NCBI RefSeq assembly: GCF_036971445.1
Contig: NC_091469.1
Span: 136,028,001-136,092,000, forward strand
Origin: Narcine bancroftii
Taxonomy: Eukaryota
DNA: 64,000 nt
Direction: 5' to 3'
Positions within the stretch are counted from its first letter, which is position 1. The number at the start of each line of letters is the position of its first letter. The notes below the pieces were generated by a model. The model saw nothing but the letters and a program-made list of their open reading frames with translations, was not told where the DNA came from and made no database searches. Positions 1 to 12,650 of the stretch are shown in pieces. A program made the position numbers and the translations under genes.

Positions 1-139
1 TGGATGTGTTCCTCCAGCATTTCTGAGTTTTAACAACAATTATAGTATCTGGCAACTTTTGGGTTTCACGTGGATGTTCTTGATATTGGCATCAACCACA
101 TTGCCAAGATGGCATTTCTCCATTCAACAGGTAAGCAGG

Positions 140-368
140 CATCCCAGCTCAAGGAGTGTTGCAGCACCAGCGATTGGGACCGTGATTCGAATCCCACACT
201 GTCTGTAAAAGAGTTTGTACATTGTCCATGTGTCTGCATGGGTTTTCCCCAGGGGCTCCAGTTTCTACCCACCTTCAAATCATATCGGGGGTTGTGGGTC
301 AATTGGGTGACATGGTATGGTGGGCCGAAAGGACCTGTTACTGTGCTATATGTCTAAATTACAAATTA
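140..368 (+). mobile_element. tRNA-derived SINE (HE1/V-SINE-like)
   Basis: B-box-like GATTCGAATCCC, body 'ctgtctgtaa.gagtttgtac..ctccc.gtgtctgc.tgggttttccc' and tail 'gggccgaaaggacctgttactgtgct'. The same family recurs at ~15325, 21530(-), 27650, 42240, 43400(-) and 61690(-). Confidence 0.75.
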
Positions 369-568
369 TAACAGAGGTTTAGGCACTGTTCCTTATTCTT
401 AGATCTTACTTTCTACCTTTTAAAGCACAGAGCAACTATCCTTCACCCTCTCTCATTGTTGGCTGTCAACCACAGTGAGTTATACATTATATCACTCATA
501 TCCTGACCAGATAACGCGACAATCACTCGCCTTTTATGTGGAATCCCATCAAAAAAACATTTTGAATG

Positions 569-1165
569 GACAGAACAAAGAAGATTTTGCTTCCTGAACA
601 ATTTTGGGTGTATTTTATGGATCTTGGGCTGCTGATCACAAAAAGTCACTTTAAAATATTCCTGTCATGTAGTTTCATTTTGATTTCCTGTCATAGTTTA
701 AGTCTATTTCAAGCTTACAAAACCTAGAAGTGCAACATGTCATTGAAAATATCATTTTCTGCATTAGCACTTGGGCCTCTTCTCTACTGATCTTGGTGCA
801 GTCAGTGACGAACATGGGTGAAAGGTTTCACCAGGACATTGTGACCATGGAAAACTTGTATCAAGGCAACTGGAATCCATCCATCTATTGTTGGACACTG
901 ACATGAGAGGCATCAGATGCAGAGTACAAACAAAAATCAGCAGCAAAACATTTTTACGTTAGTTGAACTCCTGCAATGATTCAGCGATCATGATGTGATT
1001 AAACCTGCTAAATTCAATTAAAAAAAATAATGTCATGTTTCTCCAACTTCTAATGTTATACAGCAAATCTGAAATTATCTTTGTGTTTATCTTGAAGTTG
1101 TCAATCATTATCCCCATTTTTTTCCCCCAGAAACAAATCTTTTGAAAAGAATTTGTTATCAAGTG
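569..1165 (+). mobile_element. Chapaev3-like (CMC superfamily) DNA transposon, internally deleted derivative
   Basis: The 5' part matches the terminus of the copy at 8797-9400 ('tttgggtgtattttatggat'). 735-900 encodes a decayed transposase C-terminus (MSLK...LGAVSDEHG/ERFHQDIVTME..YQGNWNPS..YCWTL). Ends in a TIR-like 'ttgttatcaagtg'. Confidence 0.7.
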
Positions 1166-1169
1166 ATAT

Positions 1170-1648
1170 CAAAGGAGATTCATTATACACTTGCCTGGAT
1201 CAGAGGAATTTAGTTCTGGGGAGACACTGGATAAGCTGAGATAGCGTTCCTGAACAAAGATAGCTGAAGGGAGATCTGATAGTGGTATAAAATATTAATC
1301 TAATATAGTCTTATATTATTACAATATAGATATTAATGTCATGGTCATAAATAGGAAAAATAGCAAGAATTTTTTCCCCACATGGCGATGATTTCTAAAA
1401 CGGGGTGTTGGGTTTGGGTTTTAGTGGAGAGGATAGATATTTAGAAGGAATCAGAGGAGATTTTTTTTTTGCAGAAAGTGGTTTATAACTGCAAGACAAT
1501 CATAATATTTTAGGCACATCTCAAATACTCAAGGCATTGAAAGGTATGATCTTCATTCAGGTAAATTTGAGGAGGATAGCTCAGTACAACAGTCAGCTTG
1601 GAAGTGGTGAGCGAGAGGACCTATTTCTGTGCTGTACGACTCCCTGTA
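1170..1648 (+). mobile_element. CR1/HER1 LINE 3' fragment
   Basis: Decayed ORF2 C-terminus (LKGDLIVVYK-like) followed by the CR1 tail 'ctatttctgtgctgtacgactc'. Confidence 0.7.
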
Positions 1649-2109
1649 TTAGTAAGGTCATGAGGACATAAAAGATCACTGGCTGATACTTTTTTTTTCA
1701 AATATTTTATTTATAATGTTTCAAACTCAAACTGATTCCATTTTCATATATAATTATAGCCATATATAAAATCAATTGTTGAGTTCATTTCCTAGAATTC
1801 TTTCTAGGACTTGGCCTAGATCTACACAAAAGATCTACCTTGCTACATGTCCAGGTCAAGGCTCCCATCATTATGTTGCACCTAAAGCATTGATCTGAAT
1901 TTGCAGGCTTAGCTTTGTTGAATTTCTACGGCATCAAATATAAATGGCAAAGGAAATTGTACTGTACCAGCAGATATCTTGCATTTATAATTGCTGTCAT
2001 GCTGATCCGACACAGGTCTGACCGGCACTGCTCATTAATTGTTATTCCTAAATCTGACTCCCACCTTTATGGAGGCCTAGTTGTGGACATTCCATTTAGA
2101 GCAGGAAAT

Positions 2110-2645
2110 ACATTGCCAAAATAAATTTTTATGCGTTCCCCTTTCGAATCAGGGTCTCCATGTTGCTTCACATTGGTAAGGTCATTGATGGACCTAATTT
2201 GTCCCTCAAGAAAGAACTTCTCTGAAGGTAGCAGAGGAACATCTTATTTGATAAATCGTATTTATATCTAAACGGTTCAAATGATATTAGTTGCCACCGT
2301 TTGTAACAGTTCTCAATTCACTTGATCCCCTTCCAGCACCAGGTATCCATGATCTTGTTATCTATTGTCAATGCGATTAACCTATTCAGAGTCAGGGCCG
2401 ATTTTGGAGACAGTGCCACTTTTACTTCTCTACACTGGTTAATTTTATTCCAAATAATAATTACATGTTTTAATATTGGGCTGTCTTTTTTTTTGCCAGA
2501 TAACAATTTTGTTTTCCATTTATAAATAAAATCCCCTGTCACCTTCTCGCCCACTGTGTGCAGACTAATTTGTACCCAGGATGGTACATACTTCCCCTCA
2601 AATAGAGAGGCAATGTATCTCCTCTGGGCTGTCCGATAGTAACTT
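2110..2645 (-). mobile_element. L1-clade LINE ORF2 fragment
   Basis: The minus-strand ORF 2318-2554 (..KHVIIIWNKIN..MDTWCWKGIK) resembles the post-RT region of fish L1 ORF2. Confidence 0.55.
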
Positions 2646-2929
2646 ATTTTTTTTTAATTTTTATAAAAATCCAACATACCACCACTTCTTTCTACCCGAC
2701 AGGTTGTGCATTTAGCCCCCATCTATTTTCCAAACTTCTCCACCCATACCCTCCTAGGCCCTCACAAACCATTTCTCTTTTTTTTAAAAACAAATATGTC
2801 TATATAATAAACAGTTATATCTATAACTATCCTACAACTATTATTTACATTGCAGTCTTATAAGTTAATCTCTATAAACTGACTGTTTTTTTAAAACAAA
2901 TTGTTGTGCTTCTTTGGCTTCAGATAAAA

Positions 2930-3085
2930 TATAGCGGTATCCCTAGATACAGAGAAAGCATTTGACAGGTTAGAATGGGACTTTTTATACAAAGTGCTGG
3001 AAAAATTGGAGCTGGGGGGCAACATTTCTAAATTGGATAAGGACAATATATCAAGTGCCCAAGGCCACAGTTGTGATCAATTAAC
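2930..3085 (+). mobile_element. L1 reverse-transcriptase fragment
   Basis: Translates AVSLDTEKAFDRLEWDFLYKVLEK, the L1 RT 'SLDAEKAFDRVEW' motif. Confidence 0.75.
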
Positions 3086-3184
3086 ACATTTATCGATAAT
3101 GGGAGATTCCTCCTGCTATCTTGAGCAACCAAGATCATCTGGTTATTACCTCTTTAATAAATGGGCAAAACTGACTTCTGTTCC

Positions 3185-3300
3185 GATGTTACAACAGTGA
3201 TTATATTGCACATCATTGGCCAAAAAATGTCATTTTGTTCCTTTTATGCAGCGCTCCCTCGATGCTATGCTGGAGTGTCAGCCTAGATTATGTTCTTCAG
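3185..3300 (-). mobile_element. Ancient DeuSINE/AmnSINE-like SINE relic
   Basis: 'tgcagcgctccctc..tgctggagtgtcagcctagattatgt' matches the reverse of the Deu-domain SINE head as I recall it. Similar relics lie at ~26860, 52930, 53430 and 60950. Confidence 0.45.
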
Positions 3301-3689
3301 GCATTGGTATCCTTGAGAAAGGGGCTGGCAGTGTGGAATTATAGTACCACAGTATGGTGAGTTTAAAGATCATGCAATTTTCTTTATTTATATTCCACAT
3401 TTAATAAGGCACATGGTTTTATTACAAATTGTTTCAGTTAGTGGAACAAGTCCCTGAAGCAGAATCTATTTTTACTTGTCTAGGAAAGGAGCCATCAAAT
3501 ATAACTCTACTAGCTGTGTTTTTTTCTTTGTACAACATTTCTATTGAATAAATAAATGATGGAGTCCTTTAGCTTACTTTAAAAATGGCTCAAGTCTATT
3601 ACATTATTTTGGGCAATAACACTTCTTTCTATGTGCATTCAGACATCTTGTGGACATCTGATTTTATGAACACTGTTACGAATTTCCTA

Positions 3690-4015
3690 TTTTCAAAACG
3701 ATTACCCTTTTATGTTATTGGCCACAACACCCATACATATTTTTTTCTCTGTCTGGGTGTTCTCCAGCCAGATGGTATTAACACTGACTTTATTGCTTTC
3801 TACTAAACCTGTTTGCCCTTTTTCCCCCTCCTCCCCCTTTCCTGTCTTTCCAGATCTTCCACCCATCCATCCCTCTCCCCCCCTCATTGTTGCGGACCCT
3901 GTCCTCCTTTCTCCACCTATCATCTCCTGCCTTTGCCAACCCCTCCCCTCCCCTCACTTCTGTTCAGATGCCTGCTGGCATTTTCTCATACTTCTCCAGC
4001 ATTTTGTGTTTTTAC
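3690..4015 (+). mobile_element. Penelope-like element 3' fragment
   Basis: Encodes FCLGVLQPDGINTDF (C-terminus of the PLE GIY-YIG ORF), followed by a pyrimidine-rich tail and 'cagatgcctgc' terminal-repeat sequence. Confidence 0.7.
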
Positions 4016-5569
4016 ATGATTTATATCTCATGCACATCAGTTCAGGAACTAAAACCAAAATCAAAAATACATTAACAACATTACAAGTAAACTGAATGGG
4101 GATGGGGATCTAAATAAAACATCAATTTGAAAACAACTGCCTTCCTGTGCTTATAACAAAAACTTGGATTTATATAACCCTTTTTTATATGTCCCAAAAT
4201 GAATACAAAAGTTGGGTGATTTTAAAATGAGCATTGTATTATTAAAACACATTTTTCTTTGCCCAGAGCAGAGATGCTTCATTTACATTCACTGTCCTTA
4301 CAGTGCACAGTGTGGTGTAACATTGTGTCAAATCTGCTGAACTTTTATGTTATCTCTCACTGTATTGATTTGACATTGTGAGGCAGTGTTCAGTACAACA
4401 AAGTGTAGTAAAATCAAATTCAATTCCTTTGTTTTCTGTGTTGAATTGAGATGAAATAAAAATACAGTAGCAAAAAGAAGCAGGTATTTCAGGGAAATTT
4501 AAAGTCACAAATGTTCTCCTAAATGTGTTGTGAACTGTTATGTAATTCATTTCAAATCACTCAAAGGCTTGAGTAGTAAAACATCAGTTTCGATGAATTG
4601 AATCTGGCAATTTATTGCAAATTAGAAATAGGGCTGGTGTTAGCAAAAGCCTTCAGTATCATTGTCCATTGCTAATTCTATCTGACCAGTTGGTTAAATT
4701 CTTATGTGAATCTCTTCTTGTGCTTCAAGCAGTAGGTGTGAAAAACATACTAATCCTTGGGAGAATGTTAGGCGGTTTTGAATAATGAATAACCATGGCT
4801 CGTATTTTTACAATACTCAACTTGGTTATTCTACTACCAGAGAGGGTGTTACATGCTGCTCAGGTGTGCAGGATGTGTGTTCAAAGTTGAGAGTTCAGAC
4901 TGTTATTGGAGCCAAGATCCAGCAGGGTCTGGGTCTGGGATATGGAACGCCATACGTCAGGAATGTAAGTAGAAGAATGGCAGCTGGAGCAGCGACCTAG
5001 AGTTGTCCATTTTCCCAGCTAATTAGCTTCACTGGAAAATGTATTAAATTACTGTGTAACTTCAAAAGAGAGAAATCAAAGTGTGATTGCATATTAATTG
5101 GAATAACATTCAATAATCTGTAAAAATCTGTTAGTCCACCACCAAAAAAAAGTCTGGATGATCCTAGAATATCAGAGTTTCACTCCATCATCCAACTGAC
5201 TGTTCAATTCCATCATTTTCAATTTTTAAAAATTTCCTAAAGAGGAAATAATTATTTTACTCAATGAACAGATGTTTCAAATTATATTTTAATATTCAAC
5301 AGCAAAAATCATAAACAATGTCCAACCTATTCCTAATCATTTTCATTATTAATCAAATGTCTGTGAGCCATTTGTCTCATCTACACACAGGTATCGCCAG
5401 TTGCAGAGTCAATGCTGAGAGAGAGCTCAATGCCAAGAGAACGTCTATTTGCTTGACAATCCTGATACCCCCTGTGTATTCCTCTGAAAGGAATCAATGT
5501 TTTAAAACTGATATTTGGAAACAAAGGGCCCTTCACCATTCAATTAAAGTTGTGTTAACTTGAGACAGC

Positions 5570-6200
5570 ACCATCTGTTCAAAAAGCTCTATCGTCTTTG
5601 TGAGGCATGATTTCCTCTATACACAAAGCCACGCTGAACATGCGTGTAGATCCTGCCTCTCAGAGTGATCTCCCCCCCACCTCCCAACCCCCCATCCCCG
5701 GTAACTTACTCATGTCTGACATTATACAATTAAGCCTCCAGTTCTCTGGCTTGTCCTTACAGCTTTTTTTTTAAATAAAGGAACAATATTCACCACCCTC
5801 AAACATTTCAGCACCTCGTGAGGCAAATATTTCTGCAAGGGCTCCTGCAATTTCTTCCCCAGCTTTCCACAACATCTCGGGATACACTTTATCAGGCCTG
5901 AGTATTTAACTTTACAACTCCAGCCCCTCCATGTCTGCAAGGAGGACTATTGCTCTTTCCTTCCCTGATTTCCATACCTTCTATCTCCATGATCAACACA
6001 AGAAATATTCATTCAGACCTCACCCATCTTCTGGGTCTTTTAGAGCTACTATTATTTCCATAGTTATTAATTTCCCTATAATGTAGTTGTAGAATCCCTT
6101 GAGATTCTCCTTAATCTTTTCCACTAGAACCACCTCATACCCTCACCTTGTCTTTTTTTTTAAATTTCTCTTTGAAGTGAACACTTAGATCTTCTCTGCT
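5570..6200 (-). mobile_element. CR1 LINE RT fragment
   Basis: The minus strand reads ..NIVPLFKK..; 'acaaagccacgctga' is the reverse of the SQHGF motif. Confidence 0.65.
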
Positions 6201-6454
6201 GCTCAAAGCATTCCTATTAATTTTGATTGTCCACAACTACGCAGTCCTAGTAAAATGGTTCTGTTCAGCAGTAGGTTTCAGAATTTGGAACCAATGATGT
6301 GTTTCTAGGGAAGGTGACATGCAAGTTAGAGGGGTGCCTGCAAATGGTGGCATTTCATGAGGGACAAAGCTTTCAAAGTATGTTTTATCAAAGTTCAGAA
6401 AAACAAAAAACTTTTATATCAAGATTAGAATGCATTAATATATTAAAAGCTTAC

Positions 6455-6543
6455 TTTCCACTGTCTTCAAAATTGGTGGACTTAGTTCACAGACTACATC
6501 ACATGTTTAGAGCCACAGGGAAGAATGTTGCATTGATTTTCAT
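6455..6543 (-). other. Candidate non-coding exon (89 nt)
   Basis: Acceptor cttctttccattgtag and donor AAA|gtaagc on the minus strand; all three frames contain stops. Confidence 0.25.
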
Positions 6544-7254
6544 CTACAATGGAAAGAAGTACTGACCAAGTTGCACACAGAGTTTTTTGGAATCCAGATA
6601 AAAACATAGGAAGATAAGAAATAGTAGCAGGATTAGGCCACTTGGGTTCCAAATTTGCTCCGCCAATGATCATGACTGATCTGCCCCAGGCCTCATCTCT
6701 CGCATATCAGTTCCCCTTCGTCCCAATGCATGGTCTTGACCCGAAACATCAAATATCCCTTTGCCCCCATAGACTTGCTGAGTTCGATTTTTGTCCAGAA
6801 TTCAGAACATGGAGTTTTTCTTCTCTCCAAGTGGAGCTCAATTCACAGACCTTTCAAATACTTTTGTTGAAGTTTTGAAGAACAAGGGCTAATATGATTG
6901 AAATATTTACTGCTTTGAGGGGACAAGCCTGTCATCCCAGTATCACCCCACGTTCATTGCATTCCTAAATTCCTAATCAGCTCCATCATTTTGGGAAGGA
7001 TAATCTAAATAGACTATGTCTCACTGAACATCCCCATCCTTGTGACACCAGGTCAGAGACAAACAGAAAATCATTGCAGTCTTTTTGTGTCTTGTGGAAA
7101 GAGAAGGGGACATTTATCCAAGCTGGACCAGCTGTTAGAGGCACTAAGAACAATGTGCCTTTAATCACTACATTCCTGAAACAGCATCTCATTGAATATT
7201 TTGTGAAACCATCTTGTGTGTAGATCTTGCAAGAAGACAGAAGTTCTTTCAAAT

Positions 7255-7845
7255 TCCAGGACAGAAACCCAGCAAATATCTATGGCTAATTGGTGGAAAG
7301 TGTGCTGACCAGTGGCATCAAGGTCTGGTATGGAAACACCAATACTCCTGAGCGTAAAGCCCTCCATACTGCAGTGTGAACACAGCTCAGGATATCACAG
7401 GAAAAACCCTCCCAACTATTGAGTCCATCTGCAGGGAACACTACTGTTGGAGAGAAGCAGCAATCATCAAAGACCCTTACCACCTGGCATATGCTCTTTT
7501 CTCACTACTCCCATCAGGCAAGAGGTATAGGTGCCACGTGACTTGCACCACCAGGTTCAGGAACAGCTGCTCCCCTTCCACCATCAGACCCCTCAACAAT
7601 AAACTCAATCAGGGACTCGTTTAAGGATGTACATTTTTTGATTTTCTTTTTGTTCTCTATGTATTGCAGTTTATTTACATTCATTATCTGCTTACAGTTC
7701 TTTGTGTTTACATGTAAAACTGTGTGTACAGTTTATATTTTGCACTACCAATTAATGGTAATTCTGCCATGCCCACAGGAAATAAAGCAATCTCAGGGTT
7801 GTATGTGGTGTCATGTATGTGCTCTGACAATAAATCTGAAATCTA
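7255..7845 (+). mobile_element. Rex1/Babar LINE 3' fragment
   Basis: ORF 7376-7624 (AAIIKDPYHLAYALFSLLPSGKRYR..TTRFRNS) and the tail 'tctgacaataaatctgaaatct'. Confidence 0.85.
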
Positions 7846-8117
7846 AAAAAATATTTGTGGCACAACATTAAAAAGATAGCAATCAAATGGTACATTCTAC
7901 TTTTGAAAGACAAACAAAAGATCAAGCTGTGCCATGCAATTTATCATTATCATATTGTTTTGACTGATTGTGTGATTGCAGTTTCCAAGAAACAAAAGCT
8001 GAAGTTCATGTTAGAATTATAGAGGGCTGGAGTCTTTTCACCCAACTTGCCTTGCTGGTTAAGTTGTACACCCAAATTAGTCCCATTTGAAGACGTTCAG
8101 CCCATATTCCTCTGAAC

Positions 8118-8484
8118 CAGTGGCTTTCAAACTTTTTCTTACCACTCACATATCACCTTAAGTAATCCCAATGCCATAGATGCCCTGTGATCAGTAAGGG
8201 ATAATTTAAGGTGGTATGTGAGTGGAAAGACAAAAAGTTTGAAAACCACTGATTTAATCGTATCCAATTGACTCGTTATGTGCACGGTTTCATAACTCCA
8301 AAGGAAATGGGCCAATGACAATTTTTCTCAAGCAAAATATTTCAGTAACAATTGGCAGTCATTCTCAATCTTTTCCCCCCACTCACATAACATCTTAAGT
8401 AATCCCTTATCGATCACAGAGCACCTGTGGCATAGGGATTATTTAAGGTGGTACGTGAGTGCAAAAAAGTTTGAAAAACCACTG
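8118..8484 (+). mobile_element. hAT-type MITE with internal repeats
   Basis: Termini cagtggctttcaaac ... gtttgaaaaaccactg. A second copy lies in reverse at 20608-20948. Confidence 0.7.
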
Positions 8485-8796
8485 AAAAATCCTTTCCTGT
8501 CCACGTACCTGTCTGAATGTTTTAAACTTTATAATTGTACCTCCCTTTATTGTGCTCTCTTGACTGCACTCCTTCTGCACTCATTCCTCCGTGTTTAAAA
8601 ATGCCCCTGAACTTCCTTTTGAACCATTCCCCTAAAAAAATATATATATACACCTTCTGGATTTCAGTTCCTCTACCTTGGGAAAAAGAAGGGTTTCCTC
8701 CTGGGGAAAAAAAAGGATTATAATGGATAACTTCAAGCTGAACATAAAGATAATTTTAAATTTGCATATCATGTAGGAAGTTGGAGAAACATTACA

Positions 8797-9400
8797 TTAA
8801 TTTTTATTGACTGCACCTGTTGCACAACAAATGTGAGGAGTCCAGGGCTTGGCTTGATCACCAATTTTACAACCAAAGTAGAGCTCATAGGCTTTCTTAA
8901 TAATTGCAGTCATGTTGCGTCTTTGAGCCTTATGAATACGCGCCACATAGTTCTTGTGAAATTGACAAGACATTTCTGCTACTTTGAATCTTCCTGAAGA
9001 TAATAAACACTATTGTTAAGTACTTCACCATGCTATATTGCCTGAAGAACATGTCCATCAACATGCATTCAATCTATATCAAAGTATCTGTCTAAGTGAG
9101 CTGCCTTTATAGCCTGTCTACATCTATCCTCACTCAGCATGCCCAGGCCCAAAATAGCATTTACATAGCACCTGCGTTGAGTGCATGCCCAGCCATGCTT
9201 GAACTAACCAAAACAACTTGCTTTGTGGGCAACGTATTAGTGGACTTAAAAAATGACGGGAAATCACAAAAATAGGTTACATTGAAAAAAGAAACTGGAC
9301 ATAACAGGAAATTCTGAAGGTGATTTTCATGATTAACAACCCAAAATCCATAAAATACACCCAAAGGTGTACAGAAAGTAAAAATCTTCATTGTCCAGTA
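8797..9400 (-). mobile_element. Chapaev3-like transposon 5' fragment with transposase N-terminus
   Basis: Minus-strand ATG at 8973 reads MSCQFHKNYVARIHKAQRRNMTAIIKKAYELYFGCKIGDQAKPWTPHICC (the YFG.K.GDQ.K.W.PH..C motif). TIR-like end at 9391-9400. Confidence 0.75.
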
Positions 9401-10221
9401 TTATTCATCTTATCTATGCCACTTCTAATCTTATAAACGTTTGTCTGGTCCACCCTCAATTTTCTAAGCTGCAGAAAAATTCCCACCTTTCCCTACACCT
9501 CATTAGAATTCAAGGCCACCAATTCCAGGAAGGTGCTTGTGAATCTAATGTGAATGTTTACACAAGTTGAACTGTGAAAAAAAAATCCCTTGTAAACAGG
9601 CTATTTTCTTAAATGTATTTGAGTCAAGGGCATCACTGATCCCCTTTTAGCTTTAGGAAGGTGGTAATGACTGCCCTTTTGAATAACTGCCGTGTGCATG
9701 GCGTGAGATAAATGCAAGTTCCAGAATCTCCACCGAGTCTGCCTGATCTGCTAAGTGTTCAAGTGCTTCTCCTTTCACAAAACATTTAAGACTCAGCAAT
9801 CAAGAAAACATATATTTTTCCAAGTTAGTATGGAGAACAACTAGGATGCATACTTGGAGGTGAAGGTGTCCCGCAGGCTATTTTCCCAACTTAGAGATTC
9901 CAGAATTTATAACTTTGGTGCCCTTGGTTATCACTCTCCAGCCTTTGATTCCACCTTCACCCTCCCCTCTCCCCATCTGGTTTCATCTGATCTTTTAATT
10001 TCCTTGCCTGCTTCCACCAATGTCTGATCTTCCCCTGACTTCCAACCCTGCTCCTCCCCCTCCCCTCCTGTCTTCTACCCATCTTGCTTTACCTGTTCTC
10101 CTGGATCCTGTTTCACTCCCCCCCCCCCCCCCCTCACTCCTCTTTGTCATTACCTTCTTTATCATTCCCAGACCTGGAGCAGGAACATGATCCAAAACTG
10201 CGACAATTCTTCCTCCCCCCA

Positions 10222-10878
10222 CCCCGCCATCTGATGCTGCTTGACCCACCAAGTACCTCCAGCAGTTTGACCATAGCTGCAGATTGCAAAATCTGCAATC
10301 AATTGTGTCTCCCCTGACTTCTCGGTGGCATGCTAGTGGATTTATTGGATGCCTTCGAAGGTTCCTTGGTCAATTGCTCACATTCCCCCACCATCTGATG
10401 CTGCTTGACCCACCAAGTACCTCCAGTAGTTTGACCATGGCTGCAGATTGCAAAATCTGCAATCAATTGTGTCTCCCCCGACTTCTCGGTGGCATGCTAG
10501 TGGATTTATTGGATGCCTTCCAAGGTTCCTTGGTCAATTGCTCTACATTCCCCCACCATCTGATGCTGCTTGACCCACCAAGTACCTCCAGTAGTTTGAC
10601 CATGGCTGCAGATTGCAAAATCTGCAATCAATTGTGTCTCCCCGACTTCTCGGTGGTATGCTAGTGGATTTATTGGATGCCTTCGAAGGTTCCTTGGTCA
10701 ATTGCTCTGCATTCCCCCACCATCTGATGCTGCTTGACCCACCAAGTACCTCCAGCAGTTTGACCATGGCTGCAGATTGCAAATTCTGCAATCAATTGTG
10801 TCTCCCCCGACTTCTCGGTGGTATGCTAGTGGATTGATTGGATGCCTTCGAAGGTTCCTTGGTCAATTGCTCTACATT
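10222..10878 (+). repeat. Tandem array, 4 x ~164 bp
   Basis: 'catctgatgctgcttgacccaccaagtacc' restarts at 10228, 10392, 10557 and 10721; the units are nearly identical. Confidence 0.95.
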
Positions 10879-10879
10879 A

Positions 10880-11195
10880 GACTGAAAGATGTAGGAGCAG
10901 AAGGCAGCCATTCTGTCCATCAAGCCCACTTCACCATTCCATTATGTGCTGTTCCATTCTCCCACTCAGGGCCAATTCCCTTGTCTTCTTCCTGCAACTG
11001 TTGATACCCTGACTATTCAGGTACTTGTCAATCTCTACCTCAAATGCACTGTACAACTTGTCCTTCTATGATAGCTAATTCCAGAGGTCCACCACTCTCT
11101 GGCTAAATAAATTCCTCCACATGTCTGTTTTAAATGGTTGCCCTTCAATCATGTTGTGCTCTCTTGTCCTAGACTCTCCATCCATGGGAATACAA
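10880..11195 (-). mobile_element. CR1 LINE 3' fragment
   Basis: Reverse of the CR1 tail ('gatgtaggagcagaaggcagccatt', 'ttccagaggtccaccactctctgg'). Confidence 0.7.
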
Positions 11196-11519
11196 CCATG
11201 TTATAACAAGTGCGAGGTGGTTGCAGTGGTGATCGCATAACATTTGTTCTGTAATGGTAACATTGGAGACAGAACATGCTCTATTACATTCCTAGCTTGT
11301 GACCAGATGAGTTTTCAGATGCAAAATTCCTAGGCTCTGACTCAGTTTTATCACCAGCTCACAAGTAATGCAATAATTTGATGTTGCGATTGCTTGAATT
11401 GGCAAAAAGGTGGTGGCATGAACACAGTCCTGATCCATTGTAATCACTTAATAATGCTACCGTATTATAAATTTTTCTTTATATACTTGTATACTTATAT
11501 ATTTATATACTTGTCTGAG

Positions 11520-11940
11520 TGCTCCTGGTACCATGTACCCCAGTTCTGCCTGTCAGATGGTCGGCGACTAAACCGGCTCCCCCACCAGGTTTTCCTGGTG
11601 CAGAGGGTGGCTAGACACCCTACAGGATTAAAAACAGAACCAGGGGTAGATGAACCCTAGGTCAACAGCCATCTAGCAAATACATGCCATGAAGGACAAA
11701 AAGGGCATCCCTTGCATTGAAGCTTGGTCTGACCATTCACTGCAACAGGTCTTCCCCCCGCCATCTTGGACCTCCCCATGCCACTGGATCTGGGAGGGGA
11801 TGTCAAGAGAGTGGGTCTGGACCGGTGCAACCCCTACTCACCTAAATCCATTCACACACACGCTGTTTCTTTCTGAGGAGTGGAGTATCCTCATATCCAA
11901 CCCCATAAACTGACTAAAAGGAACTAATATCATAATTCTA
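11520..11940 (+). mobile_element. Probable RTE-related non-autonomous retroelement
   Basis: GC-richer block resembling an RTE 5'UTR ('ggcgactaaac', 'tgccactggatc..gagagtgggtctgg'). Recognised from memory only. Confidence 0.35.
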
Positions 11941-12544
11941 TGACAGACACGTGCATGTACTTTATGACAAGATCCCATGCTCTAATAATCTGGGTTTTAT
12001 TGATAATTGCATTACACAGGTGAAATTAGCTGAAGTCTGACATGTACCAGTCTTACCTCATCAAAAAAAGTCAAGTGTGGATATTACTCACCTAGAGCAG
12101 GAAGGCATGGCAATGGCACCAAAAATATTAAACCAGCCTCTAATATGGAAGAAGATACTTTTTTTTAATCAAATGAAGATTGAAGTGAGATTCTAAAAGG
12201 GCTAAAAAGAATGATACAGATCCTTAAAAAAAGGTGGATCTTAAAGAAAATATGTAACCTGGTGCATGTGGGATGTAACACAGATTATCAAGAGAAGCAA
12301 AATTGGATATTGCAAAGGTCCCACATATAATCTTCCAGCCGTCTATAGATACAGATGTTATCCCATAGAACTGATAAACTGTAAATTGTAATTCATTGGT
12401 TTGAAATAAGTGAACAAGAATCTATTCATTAATGGTCGACAAATAAATTCAATCTTCATGGTTGGAATGCTTTAGAAACAATAACATGATTAACAGCCAT
12501 TTGGGAATGTTGTGATTGATAAGAGAAAATAAGCAGGGATTCTC

Positions 12545-12650
12545 TTTTCTCTTATTTGGCTTGGCTTCGTGGTCGAAGATTTATGGAGGGGTAATGTCCA
12601 CGTCAGCTGCAGGCTCGTTTGTGGCTGACAAGTCCGATGCGGGACAGGCA
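12545..12650 (-). mobile_element. RTE LINE extreme 3' end
   Basis: Near-identical to part of 34273-34516. Confidence 0.8.

Noticed and set aside
10222-10878. Repeat array and overlapping repetitive ORFs as CRISPR or a repeat protein
   Set aside because: Units are contiguous with no unique spacers, the context is eukaryotic, and frames shift between units.
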